DNA of 43,831 bases from Candidatus Microgenomates bacterium. GTDB taxonomy: Bacteria > Patescibacteriota > Microgenomatia > JACPZF01. Numbering within the stretch: the stretch's first letter is position 1; each line of letters starts with the position of its first letter. Of this stretch, positions 8,785-18,774 are shown in pieces. Position numbers and translations under genes: made by a program. The notes under the pieces are model-generated. The model had not been told where the DNA came from, made no database searches, and was given only the letters and a program-made list of their open reading frames with translations. Location: assembly GCA_016199065.1 (NCBI GenBank), contig JACQHK010000047.1:1-43831 (forward strand), given 5' to 3'.

Positions 8785-10570
8785 CTTTGCCATTATCGCC
8801 CATATTGATCACGGAAAATCTACTCTTGCCGATCGCCTTTTGGAATTTACCGGAGCAGTTTCCCAAAGGATCATGCAGGAACAATTTCTGGATCAAAACC
8901 CCATCTCCCGGGAACGCGGAATTACTATTAAACTCGCACCCGTACGACTCTTATATAAATATCGGCAAAAAGAGTACGAATTAAACATGATCGATACTCC
9001 GGGACACGTTGATTTTTCCTATGAAGTATCCCGTTCTCTTTCCAGCTGTGAAGGAACCATTTTGTTAGTTGACGCCACTCAGGGTATTCAGGCACAAACT
9101 CTGGCTCACGGAAAACTTGCGCAAAGTTTGGGTCTGACGATCATTCCGGTTTTGAATAAAGTCGATTTGCCTCAGGCAAGAATCGAAGAAGTAACCGCTG
9201 ATTTATCGGAAGTTTTTGGTTTTTCTCCCGACGAAATTTTTACAATCTCGGCTAAAACCGGGGCAGGTGTGGATAATGTTTTAGAAAAAATTATTACCAG
9301 AATTCCCCCTCCTGACGGTGGGGAAAATAATAGGTTGAGAGCTTTAATTTTCGACTCAATTTACGATGAACACCAGGGGATCATCGCTTACGTTAAGATT
9401 GCCGACGGAAAAATAGAAAGTAAAGAAAAAGATAGATTCCGCTTGAAATTTCTGGCAACCAAAACAGAAAATAATTTCTTGGAAATCGGCTATTTCACTC
9501 CGGAACGAACTGTTTCTTCGACTCTTTCTACCGGGGAAGTCGGTTTTATCGCTACGGGATTAAAAGATCCTACTAAAGTAAGAATCGGCGATACAATCAC
9601 AGTGATTAATAAAGATTTCCCGTTGCCTTCGAATTTTTCACCGCTTCCTGGATATCAGGAATTAAAACCGATGGTTTTCTTCGGTTTTTTCCCAAAATCG
9701 GGCAATGATTTTGAGAGATTAAAAGTTGCGTTGGAAAAACTTCATTTAAATGACTCCTCTTTTTCATATTCTCCGGAAAGTTCCAAAGCCCTAGGAAATG
9801 GTTTTCGCCTGGGGTTTTTAGGTTTATTGCACGGGGAAATTATTAAAGAACGACTTTTTAGAGAATTTAATCTTGATTTGATTGCCACAACGCCCAATGT
9901 CGAATACCAATGCCTGATTAACAATAATCTTATTGAGATCAAAAACATTGACGATATTCCTCCTTTATATACTGAATTGCGAGAGCCTTGGATGAAATTG
10001 GTAATTTTTACTCCGGAAAATTATGTAGGATCGATTATCACTCTCTGTCAGGAAAAAAGGGCGGTGATGTCGGACATGATTTATCACCAACAGCAGCATA
10101 CTGAAATGCATTGGGAAATGCCTTTGTCGGAAATGATTATCAACTTTTATGATCGTTTAAAATCCGTTTCGTCGGGTTTTGCCAATCTGGATTACAGTTT
10201 TTGGGATTTTCGAAAATTTGAAGGGAAGAAACTTACTGTCCTAATTAACCAGGAACCGGTAGATGCCCTATCTGTCATCGTAGCCAAGGAAAAAATGGAT
10301 TATTACGCAAGAGTTATGGCGCAAAAATTAAAATCGATTATTGATCGCCAACAATTTGAAGTACGTATTCAAATTGCCAACAACGGAAAAATTTTAGCCT
10401 CCGAAACCGTCTCGCCTTTTAGAAAAGACGTCATCCAAAAACTGTACGGGGGAGACAGAACCAGAAAAGATAAATTATTGGAAGCCCAGAAAAAAGGCAA
10501 GAAAAAAATGAAACAAATTGGCAAAATCAGTTTACCCGACGACGTTTTTGTGAGTTTTTATAAGATATAG
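8762..10570 (+). CDS. lepA: translation elongation factor 4
   Basis: [62 protein letters not shown]. Confidence 0.98.
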   Translation: [602 protein letters not shown]

Positions 10571-10571
10571 A

Positions 10572-10623
10572 GTTTACCACGCGTAGCCAAGTCAGACTTG
10601 GCCGTAGTTTTAGCGAAGTGTGG
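10572..10623. repeat. REP-like hairpin element between convergent lepA and GH39 genes
   Basis: Stem GCCAAGTC-A-GACTTGGC (10586-10602) inside CCACGCGTAG...TAGCGAAGTGTGG; starts with GTTTAC like the elements at 38963-39070. Confidence 0.45.
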
Positions 10624-12589
10624 TTCCGTCGAAATGGCGTAAAAAGAGGGTGTCTCCAGATAATTCATAAGGTTCTGTCGGTACGCTTAAAGAATTAACC
10701 TGCTTACCCACGATTCGCAATTCATCAATCACACCTCCGAAATTAGCAAAAGAAAATACGCCGTTTAAAATTATATCAACACCACTACTGCTTTCCTGGA
10801 TTTTCTCTCCGTCGACAAAAATTGCTAATTTTTCTTTACTCCAGGTTAAGCCAAGATGGTGCCATTGACCTTTACTCCACTCAGAAATTGAAGCTAAAAC
10901 CGTATTCTGCGCCAAACCATCTTTATATACACCAAAGGACAGTCTTTGACCAAAACCAACCTTTTCCCGTTTTAAAGCAAGCTCTTGTCCGTTATCTAAC
11001 TGTATTGAAAAAATGTTGACGGTTTCTTCCTCTTCTTCATTCCACAACTGCTTTATGAAGAAATCCATCGAACCGTTACCAACTAGTGTAAATTGTTGAG
11101 CGCTTAATTTTAGGGGTAAATCTTTATCCGTTAAGGATAATCCGCGGTTTTCCGGAAAGCCGAAATAACCCAAAGAAAAAGAATGCTCGGGTGCCATTTT
11201 CGTCATTTCTACTAAAACGCTGGATTGCGGACCAAGAGAAATGGTTTTTCTTAAAAAACCGTTTTTTCCGGAAAGAATTTCTTCCCTAGTGGAACCAAAT
11301 AGGTAAGTTGTCTTTACTTGATAATTAGCGTTCGGTAAATTGTTGATAGTCAAAGGCACATTCTCGCTGTGTGATCCATACGGATCGTAATTAACTAAAA
11401 TTATTTTTATTTTGTCGGCAGCTTTGGTGGCTATAGCAGTTACCCATGACCCTTCTCCGTCAATTTTTAACCGGTCGCCTGATAAATTGTTTAAAAATTT
11501 TAGGGCAAAATATTTAGGTTTTTTATTAAGTCCGTATTTTTCGTGCGTTAAAATTCCCCACCTGCCCCAGTATTCGCGATCGGCAGGACCGTCTTTTATT
11601 TCAAAAGAAAAAGCCCACTTTACTCTGTCTAATAATTGTCTCATCGCAGCAATGGTATGAGCAGAATCAAATACTCCGTCGTGGTTGGGCGAATTTTCCG
11701 CATCAGAACCCCACTCAGAAACTATAATTTCTAAATTTTTGTAGGCGGGAAAGGAATCTAAAATATCCTGTATTCCTTTCCAATCGCGGGAAAAAACTTC
11801 CGTGTCTTTGCTATATCGGTGGTAGGAAAGAAAATCTAAACGCAGATTATTGTTCCGGGAGTATTCAACCAAAGACCGAATCCAATTAGGATACATACCT
11901 GTCGTCACCGGTCCGCCTATTTTAAAAGCATTTGCGTTTTGCGCAGTCTGCGCACCAATGACTGAATGATAATATAATTCCAGATAATTCTTACCCCCAT
12001 TAATACTCCACCTGCCAAATAAATCGGGTTCATTCCAAACTTCATAATACAACCCTGCCAAATTTCTTCCGCTTCGACCGGAATAATGTTCCACGGTCGC
12101 CCGCACTAAATTACTCCACTCCTGCCAGTTCCTGGGTTTTTCCACCACATCTCCATCGGCGATATCAGGCGGCATGTAAGACAAAGCGAAAAAGGGTAAG
12201 GCCCCAGCCTGAAGAATGTTGTCTACCGTTCTGTCTAACTGAGAAAAATCATAATTTATTCTTCCGTCGGGACTTCGGGACACTATGTCATACAAATCGT
12301 AGAGATGATCAATCCTGATATATTGGGGTGAAAGTGATCTTATTTCGTTTACCGCCGGAGCCAACATCTGAGCTTTTTCTTCACCACCCTGAGCTAGGGC
12401 CTGCCAAGCAGGTTGAATTTGTCCTAGGTTTGAATTGTAATCAATCACCAAATTAGCAGGACTACCTGAAGCACGACCAATAATATTAATAACCAACTGA
12501 CCGGCAAAAACCAAAATGGGCAATGAAACCAAAAGAAAAACAAATAACAGAACTTGCTTGAGCGGATTTTTTGAAAGCTTTTTTTTCAT
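10610..12589 (-). CDS. membrane-anchored GH39-like glycoside hydrolase with C-terminal LamG/ConA-like domain
   Basis: YEVWNEPD (acid/base), IGGP, LDFLSYHRY, IVSEW (nucleophile); WHHLGLTW...FVDG...GVIDELRI LamG signature. Confidence 0.85.
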   Translation of the reverse strand: MKKKLSKNPLKQVLLFVFLLVSLPILVFAGQLVINIIGRASGSPANLVIDYNSNLGQIQPAWQALAQGGEEKAQMLAPAVNEIRSLSPQYIRIDHLYDLYDIVSRSPDGRINYDFSQLDRTVDNILQAGALPFFALSYMPPDIADGDVVEKPRNWQEWSNLVRATVEHYSGRSGRNLAGLYYEVWNEPDLFGRWSINGGKNYLELYYHSVIGAQTAQNANAFKIGGPVTTGMYPNWIRSLVEYSRNNNLRLDFLSYHRYSKDTEVFSRDWKGIQDILDSFPAYKNLEIIVSEWGSDAENSPNHDGVFDSAHTIAAMRQLLDRVKWAFSFEIKDGPADREYWGRWGILTHEKYGLNKKPKYFALKFLNNLSGDRLKIDGEGSWVTAIATKAADKIKIILVNYDPYGSHSENVPLTINNLPNANYQVKTTYLFGSTREEILSGKNGFLRKTISLGPQSSVLVEMTKMAPEHSFSLGYFGFPENRGLSLTDKDLPLKLSAQQFTLVGNGSMDFFIKQLWNEEEEETVNIFSIQLDNGQELALKREKVGFGQRLSFGVYKDGLAQNTVLASISEWSKGQWHHLGLTWSKEKLAIFVDGEKIQESSSGVDIILNGVFSFANFGGVIDELRIVGKQVNSLSVPTEPYELSGDTLFLRHFDGTTLR

Positions 12590-12684
12590 CTTACATTTTA
12601 ATTTTTAGTCTAATAAGCCTTATAAACCATATTAGACTTAGTATAAGATGAAAATCAAAAATGATTCAATCGGAAGAGAAGATC

Positions 12685-13929
12685 TTACTCCAAATAGTCT
12701 CTCAATTTTTTGCTTCTTGAAGGGTGTTTGAGCTTACGAATAGCTTTGGCTTCTATTTGACGGATTCTTTCGCGAGTAACGGAAAATTCGCGTCCTACTT
12801 CTTCTAAGGTTCTTGGTTTTCCGTCATACAAACCAAATCTTAATACCAAAACTTTTTTTTCTCGGTCGGATAAAGTTCCCAGGACTTCTTCCATCTGCTC
12901 TTTTAAGAGCTGTTTGGAAGCGCTGTCGTATGGAGAGGGTTGACTCTGGTCCTGAATAAAATCACCCAACAGACTATCTTCGTCATCGCCTACGGGGGTT
13001 TCTAAGGAAGTTGGTTCTTGGGAAACTTTAACAATTTCCCTAACCTTGGCTACATCAACGTCCAAAGCTTTGGCAACTTCTTCAGGAGTCGGCTCGCGAC
13101 CCAATTCCTGCATTAATTTCCGGGCGGTTCTTAAATAGCGGTTAATGGTTTCCACCATGTGCACCGGAATTCTGATGGTTCTGGCCTGATCGGCAATGGC
13201 CCGAGTAATTGCCTGTCTGATCCACCAAGTGGCATACGTAGAAAATTTAAAGCCCTTTCGCCAATCGTATTTTTCTACTGCCCTGATTAATCCCTGATTC
13301 CCTTCCTGAATTAAATCCAACAGGCTCATTCCCCGGCCGATGTACTTTTTGGCAATGGAGACTACTAAACGAAGATTAGACTCGACAAGTTTTTTCTTGG
13401 CTTTTTCATCGCCTGCCTCAACTTTTTTTGCTAAATAAATCTCTTCTTCGAAAGTAAGAAGGGGAACTCTGCCTATTTCTTTTAAATACATTCTGACCGG
13501 GTCAGTAATAAAGGTTTGATTAATTTCAGACAGTACTTCGATTTCTTTTTCGAGTTCCGCAACGCTTTTGGCACCTTCCTCGTCTTCTTCTGAGGTCGAC
13601 TCAAACACATCGATCTTTTCCTTCATTAATTTGTCGTACAATAAATCGATCTCATCAATGTGTTGTTCGGTTTGAGGAAAGGCTTCCAGAATTTCATCCT
13701 GTGTCAGAAAGCCGTTTTTCCTGCCTCTCTCCAATAGCAACTTTATCGCTTCAGGGTATGAAGATTTTTTGGTCGGTGGTTGTTTTTCTCCTATTTTGAC
13801 CTTTGTTGGAGAGGAAATTTTAGTTTTTGGAAGAGCAGGTTTGACCTTGACCGCTTTGTTTTTAGCTGAAAGTTTACTTTCTAAAATGATCTTTTTACTT
13901 TTAGCTTTAATTTTGGTTTTTGATTTCAT
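12685..13929 (-). CDS. rpoD: RNA polymerase primary sigma factor
   Basis: [64 protein letters not shown]. Confidence 0.98.
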   Translation of the reverse strand: MKSKTKIKAKSKKIILESKLSAKNKAVKVKPALPKTKISSPTKVKIGEKQPPTKKSSYPEAIKLLLERGRKNGFLTQDEILEAFPQTEQHIDEIDLLYDKLMKEKIDVFESTSEEDEEGAKSVAELEKEIEVLSEINQTFITDPVRMYLKEIGRVPLLTFEEEIYLAKKVEAGDEKAKKKLVESNLRLVVSIAKKYIGRGMSLLDLIQEGNQGLIRAVEKYDWRKGFKFSTYATWWIRQAITRAIADQARTIRIPVHMVETINRYLRTARKLMQELGREPTPEEVAKALDVDVAKVREIVKVSQEPTSLETPVGDDEDSLLGDFIQDQSQPSPYDSASKQLLKEQMEEVLGTLSDREKKVLVLRFGLYDGKPRTLEEVGREFSVTRERIRQIEAKAIRKLKHPSRSKKLRDYLE

Positions 13930-13970
13930 AAGCCTCTATTTTATATTTTTTGATTCAAACAGACAATAAC

Positions 13971-15743
13971 TTACCTGCTCAATTCCTTCATTTCGGTCGT
14001 AGTCTTCTCAAATTCCAAGGTCAGTTTATTTAACATTTTTTCTTCGGTTGTTTTTTCAATTTCCTTGCTGATTTTTTGCATCTTATTTTTTAGAGTGTTT
14101 ATTTTAATTTCCCTTATTGTTCGTCGAAAATCACTGTCTTTTTCTTCTTCACTGTCTATTTTTAAATCTTCTAAAAACAGGCGGTCAATTGTCGGAACCA
14201 GTTCAATCGGTGAAATCTTGGCAAATTTTTTGATATCCCAGTTTTTTTGTTGAGTTAAAAAGTTTGTTACATTAACCAGAATTTTTTTTAGCAGGTCGTT
14301 TTGATAATAATTTTTTAGAACATCCAGTTCCTTTTCGTATATCCCAGGGTTGAAACTTTGCATTAATAATGACAACAGATGTTCTTCCAGCGTTACTTCC
14401 CGAGGTCTTTCTGCTATCTGTACTACCTGATTAGTCGTTAAACTATTAAGTTTTAATGCTTTTTCAAAAACTTCTATTTCTTTGAGCAGTAATTCAACGG
14501 AAGCGTTTAATTTTGCAGAAAGAATTTTCAAATAATGGTCTTTAACAATCAGATTCTCTATTTTAGCCAGGATTGGTAATACTTCCTTAACAATAGCTTT
14601 TTTACCATCGGCTTGTGAGACATCGTATTTTTCTAAAGCTTTATTAATATAATAATCATAAATCGGTAGGGCTTTTTTAATTGATTCTTTCCAATACTGC
14701 ACGCCTTCTCTGACGCACTCATCCGGATCCTTACCTTTGGTTAAGATCACTACTTTTAGGGAAAAACCAAGTTTTTCAGCCAATTCAATTCCCCGGCGGG
14801 CTGCCAAATCACCTGCCAAATCGGCGTCCAGCGAAATTAACAAAGTATCACAGTACCTTCTCAAAAGTTCCAATTGTCCCTGGGTCAGAGCTGAACCTTT
14901 AATGGCCACCACGTTTGATACTCCGGCCTGAAAGGAGGCAAGAGCGTCGATTTCGCCCTCTACCACAATTGCCTTTCCTTCTTTTCTGATGGTTTCTTTG
15001 GTAACATCAAGTCCATACAAAACATTTCCTTTAGTGTAAACCGGGGTCTCGGAAGTGTTAATATATTTAGCTTCATTATCCTGGGCATCGGCAAAAATTT
15101 TCCTGCCAGCAAAACCCACCACCTGTCCGCGGTGGTTTTTAAGGGTAAACATCAACCTTCCCCGGAATCGGTCATAATATGAATCTCGCTGGGGATTTTT
15201 GATCACCAAACCAGCCTCAACCATTTCCTGAGCAGTAAAACCCTTTTTCTTTAAAAACCTCAGAACACTTTCCCAGCTGTTAGGGGAATAACCTATTTTA
15301 AAAGTCTCCAAGGTCTTTCTGTTTAGTTCCCTCTTTAAAATGTAGTCCAACGCCTCTTTACCGATCCGATGATTTAACAGCAGGTAGTGATAATATTCAC
15401 TGACTAAATGGTTCATCTGATAAATTCTGTCTTTTTTTGCGCCTTGAGCCGAATCGTATTGAACTCTTTCCAGTTTAACGCCGGCTTTGTCCGCCAACAT
15501 TTTTAACGCTTCACCAAAATCCATACTCTCAATTTTTTCCATAAATTCAATGGCATCTCCCCCTTCCCCACAACCAAAACAATGCCAAATCTGACGCTCG
15601 GGAGACACCATAAAAGACGGGCTTTTTTCGTTGTGAAAAGGACAGTTGGCTTTAAAATTACGACCGGCTTTTTTAAGAGGAACGTATTGACCAATCAAGT
15701 TCACAATATCAGTTTTTTGCTTAACCTGCTCTATCTGATCCAT
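13971..15743 (-). CDS. dnaG: DNA primase
   Basis: CPFH..K.PSF...CFGC zinc-binding domain, DRFRGR, KYINT, TOPRIM VEG..D and DAD. Confidence 0.98.
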   Translation of the reverse strand: MDQIEQVKQKTDIVNLIGQYVPLKKAGRNFKANCPFHNEKSPSFMVSPERQIWHCFGCGEGGDAIEFMEKIESMDFGEALKMLADKAGVKLERVQYDSAQGAKKDRIYQMNHLVSEYYHYLLLNHRIGKEALDYILKRELNRKTLETFKIGYSPNSWESVLRFLKKKGFTAQEMVEAGLVIKNPQRDSYYDRFRGRLMFTLKNHRGQVVGFAGRKIFADAQDNEAKYINTSETPVYTKGNVLYGLDVTKETIRKEGKAIVVEGEIDALASFQAGVSNVVAIKGSALTQGQLELLRRYCDTLLISLDADLAGDLAARRGIELAEKLGFSLKVVILTKGKDPDECVREGVQYWKESIKKALPIYDYYINKALEKYDVSQADGKKAIVKEVLPILAKIENLIVKDHYLKILSAKLNASVELLLKEIEVFEKALKLNSLTTNQVVQIAERPREVTLEEHLLSLLMQSFNPGIYEKELDVLKNYYQNDLLKKILVNVTNFLTQQKNWDIKKFAKISPIELVPTIDRLFLEDLKIDSEEEKDSDFRRTIREIKINTLKNKMQKISKEIEKTTEEKMLNKLTLEFEKTTTEMKELSR

Positions 15744-15747
15744 AGCA

Positions 15748-15767
15748 GCCGCATTATAACATGCGGC
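15748..15767 (-). promoter_or_regulatory. extended -10 (TGtTATAAT) of dnaG embedded in inverted repeat GCCGCAT-N6-ATGCGGC
   Basis: -10 at 15758-15753, 9 nt from the ATG; the 7-bp arms flank and overlap it. Confidence 0.55.
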
Positions 15768-15781
15768 CAGAATGAGTTTGA

Positions 15782-16975
15782 TTAATTTTTTGAATGAGAT
15801 TTACTGAAGTTATCAATGTCTCTCGTGGAATTATAAATTCTCGTTGATTTACCAAGAATCAATTTTTCATCTTGCCGAGCCCGTTCTAAATCTTCGCTTC
15901 TACTACTTAAGACTATTTCCTTCATCTTCTTATTCTTATCCCATTTTATAGTGCAGATATAATCTTGGTCCCAATTACCGAAGTCTACTTCTTTAATTTT
16001 ACTTTTTACGTCTTTTAATAAACACAGGCGAACTCTTATGCTCGCCTGTAAATGTAGTTTAATATGTTCCCTAAGAATTTTTCGATTTAACTCCGATAAG
16101 TTTTTAATTAAAAAAACAAAGGTCATGTTTTTAAGTCTTTTCGCTGCCTCTCTGCAATCCTGATAATATTGACCTCTGGGATTCCAGTCGTCAACCCAGG
16201 TAGGAAATGTACCAAATCCGCTATAGGTCAGGTTAGAAAAATGAAATCTTCCTTCATCAAATATTTCTTCGGGTTTTAAGTGAATAATTTTTTCATTATT
16301 TTTCTTTAAATAGTCTGAAGCATATCGTTCACTTCGGTGTTTAATATATCTCTGATACATTGATAAATCCAATCTGGTAAGGCATAAATCAAGAACCAAA
16401 GGAAATTCGTTTAAGTTTACCGCCGAGTTCATGTGTCCAGCTTTTTTAACGAAGATTAAAGAGCTGTCCAACATTTTTGCAAACAATATTGGGTGGCTTT
16501 TGGAAACATAAGGGTCGTTTTCGGAATACAAGACATAGGAAACCGGAATTAACTTTTTTAATTGGTCGAAATCAAAATCTGTTTTATAAAAAGTTTTATT
16601 AACAAGATCGAACTGCCAAAGATTATTTAATTTTTCCATGAACGGACTCACAAATATGGCGCAATCAAGCCTTATATTGTATTTTGATACGACGTGTAAA
16701 ATAAAAAGCGGGCCTAGCGAATGACCAATAAAACAAAGTTTTTCGCCTTTTTTTAAGGCTGGTAAAACTTCTTTTTCAAAAACTTTAAACCAATTTTCTA
16801 AACTTTGACGGGAAGGCACAATATTTTTCCCCAACTTGGTTATTTCTTCAAAATCCTCACTGGGAAACTCGGGTACTAAAACGTCTTGGCCCAAAATCTC
16901 TAATTGTTCCCTAAGTCGAGGAAACCAATTTTCCTGCGGATGACCGAAAGATCCATGAAATAAAATAAATTTCAT
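15782..16975 (-). CDS. RBBP9/YdeN-family alpha/beta hydrolase fused to an uncharacterised C-terminal domain
   Basis: FHG....NWF, GHSLG nucleophile elbow, SENDPYV, AGH triad; extra ~190 aa. Confidence 0.8.
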   Translation of the reverse strand: MKFILFHGSFGHPQENWFPRLREQLEILGQDVLVPEFPSEDFEEITKLGKNIVPSRQSLENWFKVFEKEVLPALKKGEKLCFIGHSLGPLFILHVVSKYNIRLDCAIFVSPFMEKLNNLWQFDLVNKTFYKTDFDFDQLKKLIPVSYVLYSENDPYVSKSHPILFAKMLDSSLIFVKKAGHMNSAVNLNEFPLVLDLCLTRLDLSMYQRYIKHRSERYASDYLKKNNEKIIHLKPEEIFDEGRFHFSNLTYSGFGTFPTWVDDWNPRGQYYQDCREAAKRLKNMTFVFLIKNLSELNRKILREHIKLHLQASIRVRLCLLKDVKSKIKEVDFGNWDQDYICTIKWDKNKKMKEIVLSSRSEDLERARQDEKLILGKSTRIYNSTRDIDNFSKSHSKN

Positions 16976-17058
16976 ACGCTTATCAATTTCTTTAATCGTA
17001 TTTTACCCCACTTCAACAATTATTTCCCATTCTATTTCTTAATATTGTCAGTATATTT

Positions 17059-17664
17059 TTATGTAACCTTTTCCAGATTGATAACGATATGTTTACAAAA
17101 CCATAAAGAATTGACATATTGATACTTTACTGTCGGTCTCAAACCCAAATCCTCAATTATTTCCTCCCACTGATTAAGTCTCAAATAATTATAGGGCAGA
17201 CTTATACCATATGGTTTATTTCCGATATAGTCAGAAACTTTCAACGCCAGAAAGTCGAAACGATTATCCCAATAATGATCTTTTATCAAAACGTTTTTCC
17301 GAGCGACCCTTTTTGCCTCTCTCAACAACTCATCGGGTTTCAAATCGTGGTGTAAAACATCAATAATTAGAACAGAATCGAATGAATTATCTTTAAAAGG
17401 AAGTCTTTTTCCGTCATACTGATAGGTTTTTATGTACTGTTTTGTTTGCAAAACGGTATCTATCCCAACAAACTTCACGCCGGGAAGCCTGTTGGACATC
17501 AAATAGGCAAGACTCCCATCGGAACATCCAAAATCAAGAACACTACGGCTTCCCCTCAAATACGGTACCAGTTTTTTCACCAAGTCTGTTTTTCTCCTGG
17601 GAAATCCCACTCTTTCGTTATGCTGACGAAGTAAGTACAGAATGGGTGTTTGGAGATTAATCAT
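17059..17664 (-). CDS. class I SAM-dependent methyltransferase
   Basis: VLDFGCSDG, LPFKDNSFD, DVLHH. Confidence 0.9.
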   Translation of the reverse strand: MINLQTPILYLLRQHNERVGFPRRKTDLVKKLVPYLRGSRSVLDFGCSDGSLAYLMSNRLPGVKFVGIDTVLQTKQYIKTYQYDGKRLPFKDNSFDSVLIIDVLHHDLKPDELLREAKRVARKNVLIKDHYWDNRFDFLALKVSDYIGNKPYGISLPYNYLRLNQWEEIIEDLGLRPTVKYQYVNSLWFCKHIVINLEKVT

Positions 17665-18760
17665 AAGTTATTATTTTTTCTGATGATTCTCTCATTTTTT
17701 CCAAAATTTTCTTTGCTTCTTTTTCATCAGCAAATCTGGGTTGTGCATAGTCTTCAATAATCACCGGGTAAAAGCGTACAGATTCTAAATATTTATCGTT
17801 AAAAGTATAAACTCCTACCACTCCCTCTCTGGTTTCCCGAGACCACATCTGGTCGAAAACAAAATTGCCGTGGGCGTAGGTAATTAATTTATCTTTATAA
17901 ATTTCGACACCCTGTACCCAATGAGGATGATTACCGATAATCAGATCCGCTCCTAAGTCGATGGCCTTTTGCCCTAATTCTCTTTGCCTGTCTGATGGAT
18001 CATAGACATATTCTACCCCCCAATGAAACTGCACAATCAGAAAATCAACTTTTGGCCTTAACTGCTTAATTTCTTTTTCCATTATTCCCATATCTGCCCA
18101 AGAGACTCCTTGTTCTTCGGCACCAATATCGTTGTATCCTAAAAAGCCAAACTTTTTATCGTTAACGGTTAATATCGCCGGTGAATTATTACCGGTAACA
18201 CTGATGCTGTTTTTTTGTAAAATTTCTTGGGTTTCTTTTACACCCTCTAGACGATGGTTTCCCGTGTGATTGTTGGCTAAATTCACAATATCCACCCCGG
18301 AAAAAATTAAACCCTCCACGCTTCTTCCATCACCGCAAAAAATCATTCCTTCCTGAGTTGTAGGACAATCTTTTAACAGGGGTGTTTCCAGATTAGTAAA
18401 AGTCAGGTCACCTGATTTGAGTAATCCAACTGTTTTTTCAAAGGGAAAGGTAAAGTTATTTTTACTCACCATTTTATAATTTACCGTTCTGGCAGGAAGC
18501 ACGTCTCCGGTGGCAACTAAAATATATTTTCCTTCTTCTTTTTGCGGCAGGACCTGAGGGTCCTGGTAGGAAAAAATTTCTTCAGGGGTAAAGTCTTTAA
18601 TGTTTTGATAATCCTGTGGTTTTGAGGTTACCACAATTTTTGCAGGAGAAAAAATATTCAATTGTCTCTCTTGTAAGAGTTGACTTTTAAAAAAATTAGC
18701 AGAATAAATTACAATTATCACTACCAGCAAAACCGGAATGAGTAAGAATCCTTTTTTCAT
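17657..18760 (-). CDS. CapA/PGA_cap family metallophosphoesterase
   Basis: TGDV, NLE, NLANNH, HWGVEY, GNHPHWVQ, GNFVFDQ. Confidence 0.92.
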   Translation of the reverse strand: MKKGFLLIPVLLVVIIVIYSANFFKSQLLQERQLNIFSPAKIVVTSKPQDYQNIKDFTPEEIFSYQDPQVLPQKEEGKYILVATGDVLPARTVNYKMVSKNNFTFPFEKTVGLLKSGDLTFTNLETPLLKDCPTTQEGMIFCGDGRSVEGLIFSGVDIVNLANNHTGNHRLEGVKETQEILQKNSISVTGNNSPAILTVNDKKFGFLGYNDIGAEEQGVSWADMGIMEKEIKQLRPKVDFLIVQFHWGVEYVYDPSDRQRELGQKAIDLGADLIIGNHPHWVQGVEIYKDKLITYAHGNFVFDQMWSRETREGVVGVYTFNDKYLESVRFYPVIIEDYAQPRFADEKEAKKILEKMRESSEKIITYD

Positions 18761-18774
18761 AAAGTAATTTATAC

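Noticed and set aside
12607-12638. Hairpin AGTCTAATA-N14-TATTAGACT as an ncRNA or riboswitch
   Set aside because: AT-rich single stem without recognisable motifs; most simply an rpoD terminator or 5' hairpin.
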